DNA of 63,968 bases, counting the filler, from Circinaria calcarea (taxonomy: Eukaryota), in the NCBI GenBank assembly GCA_051942165.1. It is 4 parts of 4 records of this genome, joined end to end, with 100 filler letters (N's around TTAATTAATTAA, not from the genome) between each part and the next. Parts side by side here need not be neighbours in the genome. Positions count along the whole stretch, not along the records: positions 32,898 to 49,172 come from JAVECS010000327.1; positions 49,273 to 63,968 come from JAVECS010000409.1; 2 more parts are not named here. One strand, 5' to 3'. The position numbers and the translations under genes were made by a program. Numbering within the stretch: position 1 is the first letter of the stretch; each line of letters starts with the position of its first letter. Below the pieces are notes generated by a model. It was not told the origin of the DNA. It was given only the letters and a program-made list of their open reading frames with translations, and searched no databases. This document shows, one piece after another, positions 40,140 to 52,918 of the stretch.

Positions 40140-40531
40140 GGGGAGAGATATGTGCTATGGGGTGTATGTGCGTGTCAGAATGAAGTTAGAGTGGGTAGAG
40201 AGGTGGAAGATTAAATGTATTTAGGGATCAGTGGATTAATTCTAAAACAAATTATTACGGTTGCGCTTGGTGTATAGTATAACAAAAGGCCCGGCCCTGT
40301 GTAAGTAGAAATAATCGCTAGGGGGGTCTTTGATGATTCTCCATTTCGCATCGTTTTGAAAATGATATCTTCGGCCGTTGTGCAGGTAGGATACGAGGCT
40401 CGGGTGTAGGTACCCAGCCGTCTTCAATGATACTGGTGAAGATAGAAGCTCTGCTTCGAAGTCACATGTGCCATAAGTTTGAAGGACCGCTCATGAAAAA
40501 GAGTCCTTCTTTCATCAGAATGCCGCCGTTC

Positions 40532-41466
40532 TTAGGTAGATGTAACGGGAGGAGGCCTCTCGAGAATAGCTTCCAGCTTCGCCTCCTCGCTCATCTCTAC
40601 CTCCTCTCCTTCTACCCGCCGAGGATCCGGCAGTCCGCTCACTTTCTCACTCACCCTCGCCATGAGCACCTTCATCTTCTCCAATTCCCTCTGCAGCTCC
40701 CCGTCCTCCGTCACCAAGTTAGGTTGGATATTCACCAGTGGATCCTTGAAGGGCTCGAGTAAGTGCTGGAACTGTTTGTACTGTGCCGATTTCCGCTCTT
40801 GGGCTTGGCGTTTCTCGGCGAGGGCGGTGAGGCGAGCGTGCAGCTTTTTGTATCTATATGGGGGGAAGGGGATTTAGGAAGTCGTTCGCTGGAGGAGCAA
40901 AAAGGGAAAATGGGGAAGTTGCGAACCTGGCGGATTCGGCGAATGCTTCCAGCTGGCTGTCCTCTTGGGATATATCCTGAGGCCATTCGTCCGGGAGACT
41001 TGCGATTACACTGGTATAACATTTAGTTTCCCTGTGCCGGGTTGGGGAAACCTTTTTGTAGCTTAGGCTAGGTTAAAGCGTACTCGGCATCCCTTAGATC
41101 CACCTCGCGACCTACGAGCCCATCTTCGGCTGCTCCGGTGTGCACATCCGGCTCTCCTGATACCCAGTATAGCCGATCGATCTGCTCGGCAACGTGGCGG
41201 ATCGTCTGGGAGGAATAGACTGTGCGGTTGTGGTGGCGGACGATGCTGTTTACTGGGGCATGTTTGGTTATATCTAAGCCAGAGGGGGAGGATGTTGATG
41301 GCATACATTTGTGGATGACTTCCTGGACCGTTTTCTCCTTGAGCTCGCCTTGCTGCGCGGCCGGGGCGTTGTTGCGCCAATTCCTGGGCGGTTCGAGAGG
41401 AGCATTGAGGATGCGGATTTGGTTGTTGAGGAAAGCTTTCTTGAGATCGATAATCGTGTCACCCAT
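40532..41466 (-). CDS. fta4: kinetochore Sim4-complex subunit Fta4
   Basis: TIIDLKKAFLNNQIRILNAPLEP, HNRTVYSSQTIRHVAEQIDRLYW, IASLPDEW and NIQPNLVTEDGELQRELEKMKVLMARV. Three introns. Confidence 0.88.
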
Positions 41467-41536
41467 AGTGTTATAGGTTTCAATTGGCTATCGAATTTTG
41501 GATAGCAATATCAAATTGGATGGGTGAAGATGCGCG

Positions 41537-41569
41537 ACGCGTTGGGGTTGTGAGAGATCGACTGTTTAT
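41537..41569. promoter_or_regulatory. candidate MCB (ACGCGT) and forkhead-like (TGTTTAT) sites upstream of fta4
   Basis: CGCGACGCGT at 41533-41542 and TGTTTAT at 41563-41569, 70-100 bp upstream of the fta4 ATG. Confidence 0.35.
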
Positions 41570-41897
41570 TTGGCAGCCATTTTTAGTCTCCATCATCTTC
41601 GTCAATGCTACATTTCATGATAGCTACACCAATGTATCTTGCACTTCGTTGGATCGTCATGGTTCTGATTTTGCTCCTGGTATCACGACCAATGCAGCCT
41701 TATTCCGTAAATCCCGGACGTTGGTTTTATCGGACTTTAGAGCACGGAGATTAGAATGTGGGGTCAAACGTCTCCTCTGTTAATCCCACCATAGCTTCGT
41801 TGATACTAGGTCGTTGTAATACCTTCCATTAGCTGTAGGTACTGCCTAAATTCTCATTTTCAGTAACGGTTCCTTTCATTGAATTGACTCATAGATC

Positions 41898-43056
41898 ATG
41901 CCTTTACTTTTTCAGAATCCAAAACCGAGGGTACGAGGATATCTTTCCAGAGACTCCACGATATGTGAAGATCTACTAACTGCTCTAAAAGGTAATTCTT
42001 GGTCTCATGACCTTTGGACCTGATGAGTCCGCTGGAGCACGCATAACTTCGCTTGATGAGTACAACAAGTGCTTAGACTATTTCCAAAAAGAAGGCTACA
42101 ATGAGGTTGATACTGCCCGTGTATACATTAACGGAAAGCAAGAAGCATTTTCCGCCGAGGCACATTGGAAAGAGCGAGGATTGATGTTGGCTACAAAATG
42201 GTACCCTTTCGAACCTGGAGCACATAAGCCAGCTGTCGTTAGGGAGATGTTGACCAAGTCACTGGCGGAACTTAAGACGGATTGCGTGGATATTTTCTAT
42301 CTCCATGCTGCAGATCGATCGGTACCTTTTGCGGAGACGCTTGAGGCCGTGAACGAGCTGCATAAGGAAGGAAAGTTTGTTCAACTGGGGTTGAGCAATT
42401 TTACTGCTTTTGAGGTAGCCGAGGTTGTCATTACATGTAAGGAGAGAGGCTGGGTTCGACCTACGATATACCAGGGAATGTATAACGCCATCAGTAAGTG
42501 TTTGACTCGACATTGAGATATCGGAGGCTAACACAGTTTTTAAGCTCGATCGCTTGAGCAAGAACTGATACCTGCTTGCCATCGATACGGCATGGATGTG
42601 GTAGTCTACAACCCCCTTGCAGGAGGTTTGTTCTCGGGCAAGTATAAAAGTGTAGATTTGCCTCAGGAAGGACGATATAGCGACACGGCTAAGTCGGGCG
42701 AGTTGTACCGAAAGCGGTACTTCAAGGACGCAACATTCGATGCCTTACGTCTTATCGAGTCAGTCGCGGAGAAGCACAACCTAACTCTCTTGGAGATAGC
42801 ATTGAGGTGGTGTGTCCATCACTCGGCACTCAACATGACCAATGGGGGAAGGGACGGCGTGATCATTGGTGTTAGCAGTTTCGCGCAGCTTGAAAGTAAC
42901 CTGAGGGATCTGGAGAAGGGTCCGCTTCCGGAGGAAGTTGTCAAGGTCTTAGACGAGGCATGGCTCATCACCAAGCCGACGACACCAAACTATTGGCATC
43001 TAGATCTAAAGTATACGTACGATACGCAAGAGGCTTTATTCAAGCCCAAGAAATAA
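41898..43056 (+). CDS. aldo-keto reductase, aflatoxin B1 aldehyde reductase (AKR7)-like
   Basis: MPLLFQNPKPR|VILGLMTFGP, EVDTARVY, LATKWYP, DIFYLHAADRSVPF, LGLSNF, PTIYQGMYN and YNPLAGG. Two introns. Confidence 0.93.
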
Positions 43057-43535
43057 ATGTAAGATGGAAGAATAGAAAAAAATAGACGGGAGATGTTAGC
43101 TGTTACAAGACCTTGAAAGGAACTGCCTTTCGATTTGAGAGGGGTGACCATGTATATATATGAATAGAATACTCATCTGCCCACCAGCCTAAAATACAAA
43201 ACGACGTATTGAACCCTAATTCCAAAGAGGCATAGCCTAGATTAATTCTGTAGAGACAACTTTATCCCTGGTCTGAGTGTATTCTAATTGTCGACCATCA
43301 TTCAACACAGTTGCAGCGAGCTCTTGCTACCATGTCTCCTCGAGATACCTTTGAGATTTGCCCCGACTGCCAGGCGTTGGTTGCTGACTTCTACGGCGGA
43401 ACCACAACTCACCTTTGTGTCTCGGAAGTACCGGCGAGAATGTCCCGCGTTCACCGTAACCTGTTCTGACATGGCGTCTTTTAGTTGCAAGGGTCATTGT
43501 TTAATTCGAGGTCCGATACCGATTTGTGCCGCGAC

Positions 43536-44617
43536 ATGAGCTACCCCAAGCAGCCCGATCCATTCAGCCATTTACAACCGCTCCATCTTGCCAACGGTTA
43601 CGACGACGAGGGCAAAGAGGCCAACTTGAAAGACGTCAACGTTATCTTCCCAACCTCCCTTAACGAGATGTCTACCAATCAAAATTTGAGCAACGGCAAT
43701 GCGCAGCGTCAAGCTCCCACTGCCATGTCCCAGCAGCAGGTCAACAACAACGGTACCACCAATGGAGTCGGCGGGGCGATGAATGGCATGGGAGTGGTAA
43801 TTCCCACCCCGGCCGGTCAGCAGATGGACGTCAACCTTGTCTTTCAGAAGTTGGTGGAATTGAGTGAGGTGCTCAAAGATAATCGCGAAAAGACACAGGG
43901 AATCATCGCTGGCGCCGAAGAACTTGCCGTAAGTGTCTCCTCTAGGGCAAACTTAAGTAGAGGATAGACATCCACCCTAAAACATAGACATATACTGAAG
44001 ATTTTGCTGATTGGGCCCTTGATAAGAAACGCGCCGCTGCCAAAGGAGCTAGTCCGTCCCTTCAGGAAGCTGATCAAGAGATTGCCGGTGCGTCCTTCTC
44101 TGCATCTCAGTGTCCTTCAAGTTACGTATTGGCTAATCCAGGGCGACAAATAGCTGCCCGTATCGCTGACCTGACCCTCCAACTTAGCCGTGAGAAACAG
44201 AAGACCCGCATCCTCCTCCGCGAACAGCGTGAGAACACCAAGCTTATTGGCGAGTACGAGACTGAGGTTGGCAACATTGTGGAGATGATTCGCAACTACT
44301 CCTACAGCGTCAATATGGAAAAGGTCCGAATCTCTCGTAACTACAACCAGCTATTGCAGGACGAAAAGGACCAACACCTGGTTACGCGCTTGGAGAAGGA
44401 TGACTGGCACGCCAAATTCATGCGAAGTGTTGAAATGCTTAGAACAGCATACCGGCTTAGGTGCGAGGAGGACGAAATTCCAACCATGATCGTTGCAGGA
44501 CTGCAAAACGAAGTGAGGAGCTACAGAAACGCCTTGGGAATGGAGCCAGAGAAGTTCGAAGATGAGTTCGGCTATCCGATCCTGAAGGATCTGAAAAACG
44601 GCGCCGGAGAACCCTAG
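43536..44617 (+). CDS. conserved fungal coiled-coil protein, possibly the SIKE-like STRIPAK subunit (SCI1/SipB type)
   Basis: N/Q/G-rich N-terminus, then PTPAGQQMDVNLVFQKLVELSEVLKDNREKTQGII and a coiled-coil C-terminal exon. Introns ~43929-44026 and ~44088-44153. The CDS is solid; the family identity is from recall only. Confidence 0.7.
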
Positions 44618-45306
44618 GTGTCTTTTGCCATAACATACGACTTACGAGCTCCACCATGGCGTTCAGGTAGATACCCAGGAGGCGGAGGGCCTAAGGCTTT
44701 GCCTAGTGTTGGTGCCATCTTCCGGCAGACCTACTCGAGATCAGTATCTGGATTTGTTGGTAGCTAGCCAGGCGATGACTTGACCGAAATGGAACTGTGT
44801 CTTGCATGTTAACCTCGAGGGCAGCGATTGAACCCGCTGCTCATGGATCGAGGCAACTAATATGCATGATTCCTCTTGTTATACAATCCAGCTACTAAGG
44901 CGGCCCAACGGAAGAGCCAGCAGCATAAACCCCTATGTACTTCTGACCACGCCATCCCACCACGAAGGGGAAACCCTGTCTGCCATGCCGGATATTAACC
45001 TGTACATTTATACGTTTATACGGTCATATAAGGCGGACCTAGATCGGCTTGGTCTCTCGATATACATAAATCAGGAATAGGTGGACGTCGTACACTGGCT
45101 TAAAGAGGTGCCCCTGTCAATATAGTTCAGAACTTTTTACACTTTATAGTTATACAGTCATTGACTGGCAGAGGGAGAGATTAGAAGAGGAGAAACATTG
45201 AAGACGAGATATAAAGGAGCATCATTCACTATATATGTACTCTCGTCCGACCTTTTATAGTTCAGAAAAGAGAACACCCGGGTTATTCTTACTCCAATTG
45301 TTGATC

Positions 45307-46000
45307 TCACAGCACAGTCTTCTTACAAACAGCAGGCCTAACCATAAAAACCTCGGTATGCTTCCCATCTAAGAATGTCCTCGAACTCCTCTCCTCCCAG
45401 CCAAAGCGCCTATACACCGGCACCGCTACCGGCGACGCCTCGACGTACGCTTCCAGTCCCATCTGGTCCGCCTGCTCAAGTCCCCATCGGATGAGCATCC
45501 CCGCAGCGCCCTGCCCTTGGTACTCCGGTAACGTCGCAAGCAGTTCCAGGTCTACATAACATTGTTAGTCTTGCCATACTTTATGATTAACCTGTTCATG
45601 TCGCATTTGGAAGAATTCATTGATGCATACAGAAATGAGGCCTCCAGCCCATAAGTTCCCTCCTCGCCGCCACCATTACCCGAAAGCTCTCTTCACACAG
45701 CTCTATATCCCCGTCCTTCGGCCACTCCGGCATCTTATCATGCGTGTTACTGCCCTCCGCTTCTTCGATTGGCATACTCCATCCAGCGAATGCTATAATC
45801 TTGTCTTCTCTTACGATTTTCAAGATGCGAAAATGGGCATCATTGGTAAGACCATCATGGAGATTTTCCTCCCGCCAGGTCCGGACGGCAGGAGTACGTG
45901 GGAAGCGATTCAGGGAGAGTAGGTTCTGGAAGGCCGCGAAGTAGATGCTTACTAGCTGGGGAATGTCGGATTGAGAGGCTGGGAGCAGGGTAAGGGACAT
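45307..46000 (-). CDS. GNAT-family N-acetyltransferase
   Basis: Intron ~45552-45630 joins RPHF|YLELLATLPEYQGQGAAGMLIRWGLEQAD (acetyl-CoA motif A) to AYVEASPVAVPVYRRFGW. Confidence 0.92.
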
Positions 46001-46489
46001 GTTGGATTCCTCGATAGGGAAAAAGGGTAAAAGAGTGAAATGATATGGTGTTCTTCATCAATTTAGCATTTTGTGCCAGGAGCAAGATGCTCAGTAACCT
46101 TCCCTAGGGGTGTATATTGTGTGATTGGTATGGCAGCACAAGTGAGTCACAACCAGAAGCATGGTAAGCGGTTCCTATTAATTCCTTTGATCGTTGTATA
46201 TATCATCCTGGGACATACTGTGGTTCATGTTTCGCACAAAATGGCACTTCCTTTCTTCTCTAGTACTAAGTACCTGCTTGGGAGTTTGCACTTATTGTGG
46301 TTTTAATCTGCTCCTGGTGTGAGACGTTGTCACGACTAATACCCCCCCCATTGAGGGGGTTTTCCGGCCTCTGTCTAGTGCTTACCAGAGAGGTTCTCTT
46401 GATACTTCACAAATAGGTAGGGGGCCCTGTTATAAGCCTCGAAGCGGTCGTTCGCCTTAATATCGATACCTTCCTTCACGACATGCATT

Positions 46490-47620
46490 GGACTATTGAC
46501 GGTGCGCGGTTGGATCCCTGGAGTACATTCCGCTTCAAGTGGTTTTCCTCCGCAACTGAAAGCGTCATGACTGTTCTTCTAGCCAAGACCTAGTACGGCG
46601 TTTCTACTTTCTATGCACCAATGCGCTGAGTAGCAACAGATGGCGAGGTAGTTCTAGTTGGTATCCAGATCCAAGAGCATGAGAAATAAGCTGGGAACTC
46701 GTACCGTGCCGACTGCCGAACTGGAGCTGAAAGGGATGCGGGATCATTCGTTAGGTAGAGAAGGTAAAGGCATCAAAGAGATATCTGCTGTTTAATTATC
46801 ACGCGCGTTCATAATGATGTTATTGCTATTAGTTTTTGGAGCCGAGGACTCGCCATCGCTCGCGCTTTCGCCCGAGTTCGCAGGTCCGGAGGAAAGCTTT
46901 TCTGATCCAAATTCTAGCCATGTTCGAACATTGGCTAAGGAAGGTATTGAAAATTGGGTGAATATGCACCTCATCATCGTTGTTGTCATGTCACTGGGGA
47001 TTTCAGCAAAACCCGAAAAGTAGTGTGCACCAGCCTTCTCATCCGCTCGTTCCCAGGGATAGGGAGGATGTTCGACTACTTCGCCTCCTTACACCATTGA
47101 CTAAAGCGCAGACAGCTCTCTTCGCAATAGCTGGCCTATGCGTCTACACGGAGTGCCTCGGTGGCATTGGATACTTGGAGAATGACGATCAGGCCTTCAA
47201 CGTCGCAAGACTCTTTCACCCACCCTTCTTATTCTTGGGTGTATGGCAGAAGTTTACCAGGAAAGGGCGGAGGGAAGAGTTGAGGTGGGATGGACAGAGG
47301 AATAAGAGGGTCCCAGGCTGGCCGGTGTGCAAATTCTTGCTCATCATGAATGCCATACGAGAAGGGGATGAGATTTCTGTAGGAGTTGGAAGACGATGGA
47401 TGCTAAAGGAGGAAGCCAAAAAGATAAAGGGGGGAAAAAAAGGCAAACTTGGGAAGGAAATGGGCTTGGCCCCCGGAAGTGGTGACATGGGAGGATGAAG
47501 CAAGATGGGAGAGGAGGCTAGTGTTTGAGAACGAAGGTGTTGGTAAAGTTAAACTTCGAGCAAAGAGTGCAGCAAGGTTACGGTCACATTGATCCTGGAG
47601 CCCCGACCCCAAAATCGGTT
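46490..47620 (+). pseudogene. AidB-like acyl-CoA dehydrogenase pseudogene
   Basis: FKWFSSATE, KLGTRTVPTAELELKGMR, LLRLLTPLTKA and ECLGGIGYLEND...NVARLF are recognisable. They are broken by stops (TAG 46591, TGA 46627) and frameshifts. Boundaries approximate. Confidence 0.8.
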
Positions 47621-47757
47621 TGCGTGTAAGAGACTACTTAGATCTATATAGGAGTAGACCAGTGTTCCGGGGGACTAAGAAGGTACCCTACATTGCGATT
47701 CATTAGAGAGACAACAGTCGTTTTGGTCGAATATTAATGCTGAGGCATCCCGTCGCC

Positions 47758-48430
47758 AGTAAGGTTACGACTTTAATGGTAGACTTTTAGTGCCTTGGTG
47801 ACAATGATGGTATAGACCGCGACAGACATGGTAGACCTCGCCTAATAGTCTGTGTTTTAATACCAAGTGGCAATACAATTTTATATGCAAACATGATAGA
47901 ATTCCACAATGCTCCATCTTTATTCATCCTACACATCATGGATTGTCCAAAAGTCGATCAGAAATTCCTATCGCTCAAAGCCTCTGAGGCTGGCATGCTT
48001 ACATATGCCATGCAGGAGAATTTTGTTCTTTCTATATTGACTTCGAATATTTGCGACCGTGCAATATCGAAGATCTCCTGGAAACGCCCGATATTTAATC
48101 TCCGGAACATAGAAATAGACCTGGCAAGCAGGCCAAAAAGCGGAAGGAACAAGGAGATAGGTGGAATCCATTGGGCCCTGTGGCACGCCCGAAATGTTTG
48201 TTATGTTATGAAATAGGTCATAGTGTGATTACCTGTACTGATAGAAATCGCGACATATTTTCATTCTAGAAATAGAGTATTGTGGAATTCTATCATGTTT
48301 ATATATAAAATTGTATTGTCACTTGGTATTAAGACACAGACTATCAGGCGAGGTCTATCATGTCTGTCGCGGTCTACCATCATTATCGCCAAGGCACTAA
48401 AAGTCTACTATTAAAGTCGTAACCTCTACT
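47758..48430. mobile_element. non-autonomous DNA transposon/MITE with ~160-bp terminal inverted repeats
   Basis: 47758-47921 is the reverse complement of 48268-48430, with 13 substitutions (all transitions) and 2 small indels. AT-rich interior with no transposase. TSD not clear, possibly TA. Confidence 0.85.
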
Positions 48431-48794
48431 CAATCCATTTTTACTCCGTACATATACGTGCTTGTACACCACTCTTCTCTACACGGTATAAGTGACACCA
48501 AAGACAATCGATAATGCGGTCACTTGCGCTTCGCTACCAGCTTCAAAGTCGACATGGTAGTAGACGGGGTTCTCAATTAGGATACCGAGCCTTTGTAGGG
48601 GTACGAGAAAATCGGTCAGCTTCCTAGACAGTTAAAGCGAGGCTGCGGCCAGCCCCGTTGGGCGATTGCAGCGCCACCCGATGTGTTTGCGTCAAGCTTT
48701 AACAGCCATGTGACTGTGACCGGGGGCGAGTATCCACGCAAGCTCTCTCGTCCCCGGACTCCATTTTCCCTCCACAGTTTGGATTATACTCGCC

Positions 48795-49172
48795 ATGTCG
48801 CAGTCGTTGGACAACTTAGGTGAAGGGGAACAGGCTACCAACAATGCGCAGGTTTGGAGCATGCACAGCATCAATGATCTCGTGAGGAATTATCTATTAG
48901 AGCACCATGCTGGTTTCTGCGAGTTGACGGACCTCAAGGAGAAGGTAGGTGCTGAAATAAACAAAGCTACTTGGTGGCCAACTGATGCACATTCAGGGAT
49001 GGTCCAATCCAAATGGCGATGAGTATTTCAAGCAACAGCGCCAGCGAGCAGACAAGGCAGACGAAAAAGCATGTCAGCATTTCTTCTCTTTGATGTCAAA
49101 CATTGGAAGCGACATGAGCCGAGCTACAGGTGCTTACGAGCTCGGTGTTTGGAAGCCAAAGGTCTTGGACCT
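48795..49172 (+). CDS. FtsJ-like SAM-dependent methyltransferase, 5' fragment
   Basis: Exons 48795-48944 and 48997-49172 give YLLEHHAGFCELTDLKEK|GWSNPNGDEYFKQQRQRAD...FFSLMSNIG...KVLD. This N-terminus normally precedes the LDLCxAPGG SAM motif in a fungal FtsJ-domain family. Cut by the linker. Confidence 0.65.
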
Positions 49173-49272
49173 NNNNNNNNNNNNNNNNNNNNNNNNNNNN
49201 NNNNNNNNNNNNNNNNTTAATTAATTAANNNNNNNNNNNNNNNNNNNNNNNNNNNNNNNNNNNNNNNNNNNN
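49173..49272. other. artificial contig linker
   Basis: N44-TTAATTAATTAA-N44. Confidence 0.97.
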
Positions 49273-49496
49273 GGCATGGGGGTGGGGTTCAAGGCCAAGG
49301 AGAGAGTGCAGAAACTGGTAAGTGTGTTTTATTTGACAAGGTTCGTGCAGGGGAGGAAGAGGTTGGGAATGACTACGCTGACTTGAGGCTGCGGGACGTG
49401 TAGGCACCGAATCGGCTTAACTCGGAGAGTCTGGTGGATCTGCTGTTTGTTTTTGGGTACTCGGAGGAGGAGATTGAGGAGCTGGTAAGGGAATGA
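49273..49496 (+). CDS. SER2: phosphoserine phosphatase, C-terminal fragment
   Basis: Exons 49273-49317 and 49404-49496 (intron GTAAGT...GCTGAC...TAG) give GMGVGFKAKERVQKL|APNRLNSESLVDLLFVFGYSEEEIEELVRE*, matching the SerB/Ser2 tail pattern. Not in the ORF track. Confidence 0.75.
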
Positions 49497-49936
49497 GACT
49501 TCCTGAAGACGGATGAATCGTGGAGGAAAGGCGAGTGGTACATGCTGTGAAGTATGGATAAACCAAAAACATCAGGCGCTTAATAGCATATTGCCAATTG
49601 TATCATCTAAACGCTTGGGAGCAGTAGTCTACAAACTGACCTAGGCGGGGGCGGAGGCACAGTTTCATCACCACCAACAAGGCAAGACATGCCTAACAGA
49701 GAGAAGAGACTCCAATCTCTCGAGCTGGAATCTAAGATGAAGAGCCATAAACAGATCGTAAGATACAAGTTGGAGGTTTGCTGCATCCCGTATACGAAAG
49801 CCATGATGCATAGGCATTATCTCAAGAGAGGACGATAAGTATGCTGTACTCTGATGAAGACAAAATGTATAACCAAAGTTGCACCAGCACAGAGACGAAA
49901 ATCACAACCCTCTCTATGCATCAAACAATCCTCGCC

Positions 49937-51396
49937 TCAATCGATGCTGATCTCAAATTCAAATTCCGCATTCTCCGCTACCTCGTCAAAAGCCTTGGCT
50001 CTGGTCAACTCAGCACTATTCTTCGTATCCCGAAGAACCTTTCTACCCTTCCTTATCTTAACTTCCTCCTTGCCGTCTTTCTTCACACCCTTGTCATTCG
50101 ACGGCGAGAATTGAGGAAGAATATCTTGATCGTAGTAACTTGGGCATCTTCCTCTCTTCGGACCTCTTCCCTTACGATGACGCTCAATGACCGGGCTCAA
50201 TTCGGCAAGAACATCAGCACTCTCATCTTCGCAGATCGTAAAACTAGACGACCCGGGCACTTTATGTTTTTGTTTGATTAACTCAGCTACCTTGGCTTTC
50301 TTGCGTTTCGGTGACAGGTGGAGAAGCCCTTGTGGGGGACAAGGCATTGGAGAGAGAGAAGTATAGCCAGGCCGTGCCAGACCCGACGAACTGTCCGAGA
50401 TATTACTCGACGATTGGTCAGAGGCTTGAGGGTTTACTGGAGTCATTGATTGGTGACCAATGGTACCCGCCAATGGAGAAGCGACGTTGCTCCAAGTCTT
50501 TGCAGCTTTTGACGGTGGTATGTTTTCCTTATTGCTGACTAGTCTAGACAAACTAAGTTTGCTGTAGGGAGTATCTGGGGAGCGATCTAGCTTCGCCGAT
50601 GTCCGACCCCATGGAGACCCACCTGCGACCAGAAGGCGGGGAGTACCGATTGTCTGATTTGTAGACTCCTTGAATGCAGGATGGTTCGTATGGGGCGGTG
50701 ATAGCTCAAGGACTTTATCTAACCATGAGTCTACGTGATAGTTGTTCACCGTGTCCTTTCCAGCACCTCGAACGGGTAATACAAGTGGAACACCATGGGT
50801 TGAATGGCAATCATCATCCTGTGGATCAGGGGTCAAGGACTGTGGTAACATTAACCTCCCATTGGAGCTTCGAGAGGGCGGCTTAACCGGCGAGGTGAAG
50901 CCGCTACTGAGAGGTTCTTTCGCCATATTGTCGATGGGGGTTGGATGGTTGGATGTTGAGTAGAAAGGCAAAGGCGTGGGAAAAGTTTGCTCAAACGGTA
51001 CATCCGGCGGGGTTGATGCACATGCAGATGAACGTGAGTAAGGCGAACCCCCATCTTCATGACGGTTGTCACCGTCAGCTCCGCGAACGCTGTTGCCAAA
51101 AGGCAATGGACACCGTGACCGTGTAGTGTTTGCTGAGATTCGACGAGATGGGGTCGACGAGCGGATCTCAGCAGCAGCTTCCTCGAATATCTGAGCCATT
51201 TTTACTCGATGGCTTGGTGTAGCTTTGACGCGCGAAAGGTCTGGAGTGGCTTGTCTCCTCTTGCCGCTGTTGGGGCACGCTTTGTGCGGTGTGGTAGGAA
51301 GACCAGTAAGTGACCTGGCAGGCGTCTTGGGATCAATGGAAGTATGGCTCGTAACGAAAGGTAATCGAGGATATGTAGTGCTTGAGTTGAGAGGAA
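49937..51396 (-). CDS. low-complexity S/P/T-rich hypothetical protein, 5' end uncertain
   Basis: 420-aa ORF whose frame stays open upstream of the ATG at 51199 to an AG acceptor near 51397. Contains SNKEN, an NLS-like PKRKKAK and ELSPVIERHRKGRGP. Confidence 0.65.
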
Positions 51397-52357
51397 CTAT
51401 TCATCCGAGTCAATTAGTTCTGATTCTTCTTGCCTTCTTCGCGCGAGATCGTAGCACACGGCAGATGCGAAACAGAAACATCGACTTACATGGACTGTCC
51501 AACGTGTCGTCTTTCCTTGATTCTCGATCCAGACTATTATGCAACATAATGCACTTGAACAATTAGCCTGGCGCCCAATCATCCTTCCGAATTGTCGTCC
51601 TTACCCCGGGGGAAACGGTCTTTGATCCAGTGAACAATGTAATGGTAAAGCCTTATGGAGGATGCGACAGGATAATCAAGCTGATCGGAAGGCTGTAGGT
51701 GAACAGTTTGGAGGTAAGATGGAATGCGATAGAACGGACGGTGGATGTAGTGGAATCATACGACAAGCAGGTTGCAACCTGGAGAGGGATGTTGACTGAA
51801 AAAAATAAACGTAACGAATCCATCATTAGCCCCGCAAGACAAGTAGAAAGTGAAGGCTCAGCTGGAAGGAACATGGCCAGGGAAGGTGCGACTTTGCGAT
51901 GGAGCATATCAGATTTCATGTGCATATATTCATGGAACCAGCCGCGATGGTAGACGCTGGATGATGTGTATCCCCATCCATCTAACAAATAGTTGGGGAA
52001 ACTCGGACCATGATAATCATCATTTTGGTACATTGGCATCATCGTAGAGTGAAGGCAAAGGAAGAAGTCCACGATGAGGTAGCCTACTTCATGGCATGGA
52101 AACACGTTAGAATAGCGTCCACTACGTCGATAGCGAAACGCATGTCACAGGAAGCATGGTCAGGAGCGTATTCGAGCTGGATCGAGTCTTCGTATGCTGC
52201 TCAGCTAAGCTGAGCTAATGAAGATGTTGCAAGCAGTCTCTGCCGCTCGCGGCCCCCCTCCACGTACCAACACCATCTGTCTTCTATATTGATTAGCACC
52301 CTCATCATCAAGAACGGAGGTAGGATTGGGTACACACCAGCTTGAGTTTTTGCGTAC

Positions 52358-52918
52358 TCACGAGGTGAGCCCGCAGACTCTTGAAAAGGCCAGCGCCCTT
52401 GGCTGGACATTTAGATTTGTTGCCTGCTGTTCAGTGTTTCCCCAATCCATGATTTCACGTTCCAGCTCTGGCCAATTCGAAAACGTCATCTTGCCCGCAT
52501 CTCGTAGCCTCTGGCAGGCTTTCTTCACATATATACGGCAGCTGTTCCCCGGCGTGTTGATCAATGTGTCCTCGGCTTGAATCAGCCTTTGTACCTCCGT
52601 GAAATCAGCTGGAGACACATCGATAACACGCATGAGGCCGATCAAGAACCCCGACTTGAACACTCCGGAAGTTTTCCCATGGTCAGTAATCCAAGTCGAT
52701 CCGGAGCCCATATTCCTGATGTGGAATTTGAATCCGCCCGTGTCATCATGCTCATGCAAATAGAGCCCCCAATGGAAAGTATCAGGCTCGAATTTGTTGA
52801 CGAAGAGGACTACGTAGAGGCCGTTTGCGATTAAGCCTGACGGTGCTGGTTTTTGCGGAACAGGCGTAGACTTTGTCCCTTTCGAGGGACCGGGTTGCAT
52901 ATTCGAAGTCGTCGCCAT
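52358..52918 (-). CDS. uncharacterised fungal protein with FHWGLY and NSCRIYV motifs
   Basis: Intronless ORF from ATG 52918: GLYVVLF...FHWGLYLH...GGFKFHI and later NSCRIYVKKAC. Confidence 0.8.
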   Translation of the reverse strand: MATTSNMQPGPSKGTKSTPVPQKPAPSGLIANGLYVVLFVNKFEPDTFHWGLYLHEHDDTGGFKFHIRNMGSGSTWITDHGKTSGVFKSGFLIGLMRVIDVSPADFTEVQRLIQAEDTLINTPGNSCRIYVKKACQRLRDAGKMTFSNWPELEREIMDWGNTEQQATNLNVQPRALAFSRVCGLTS

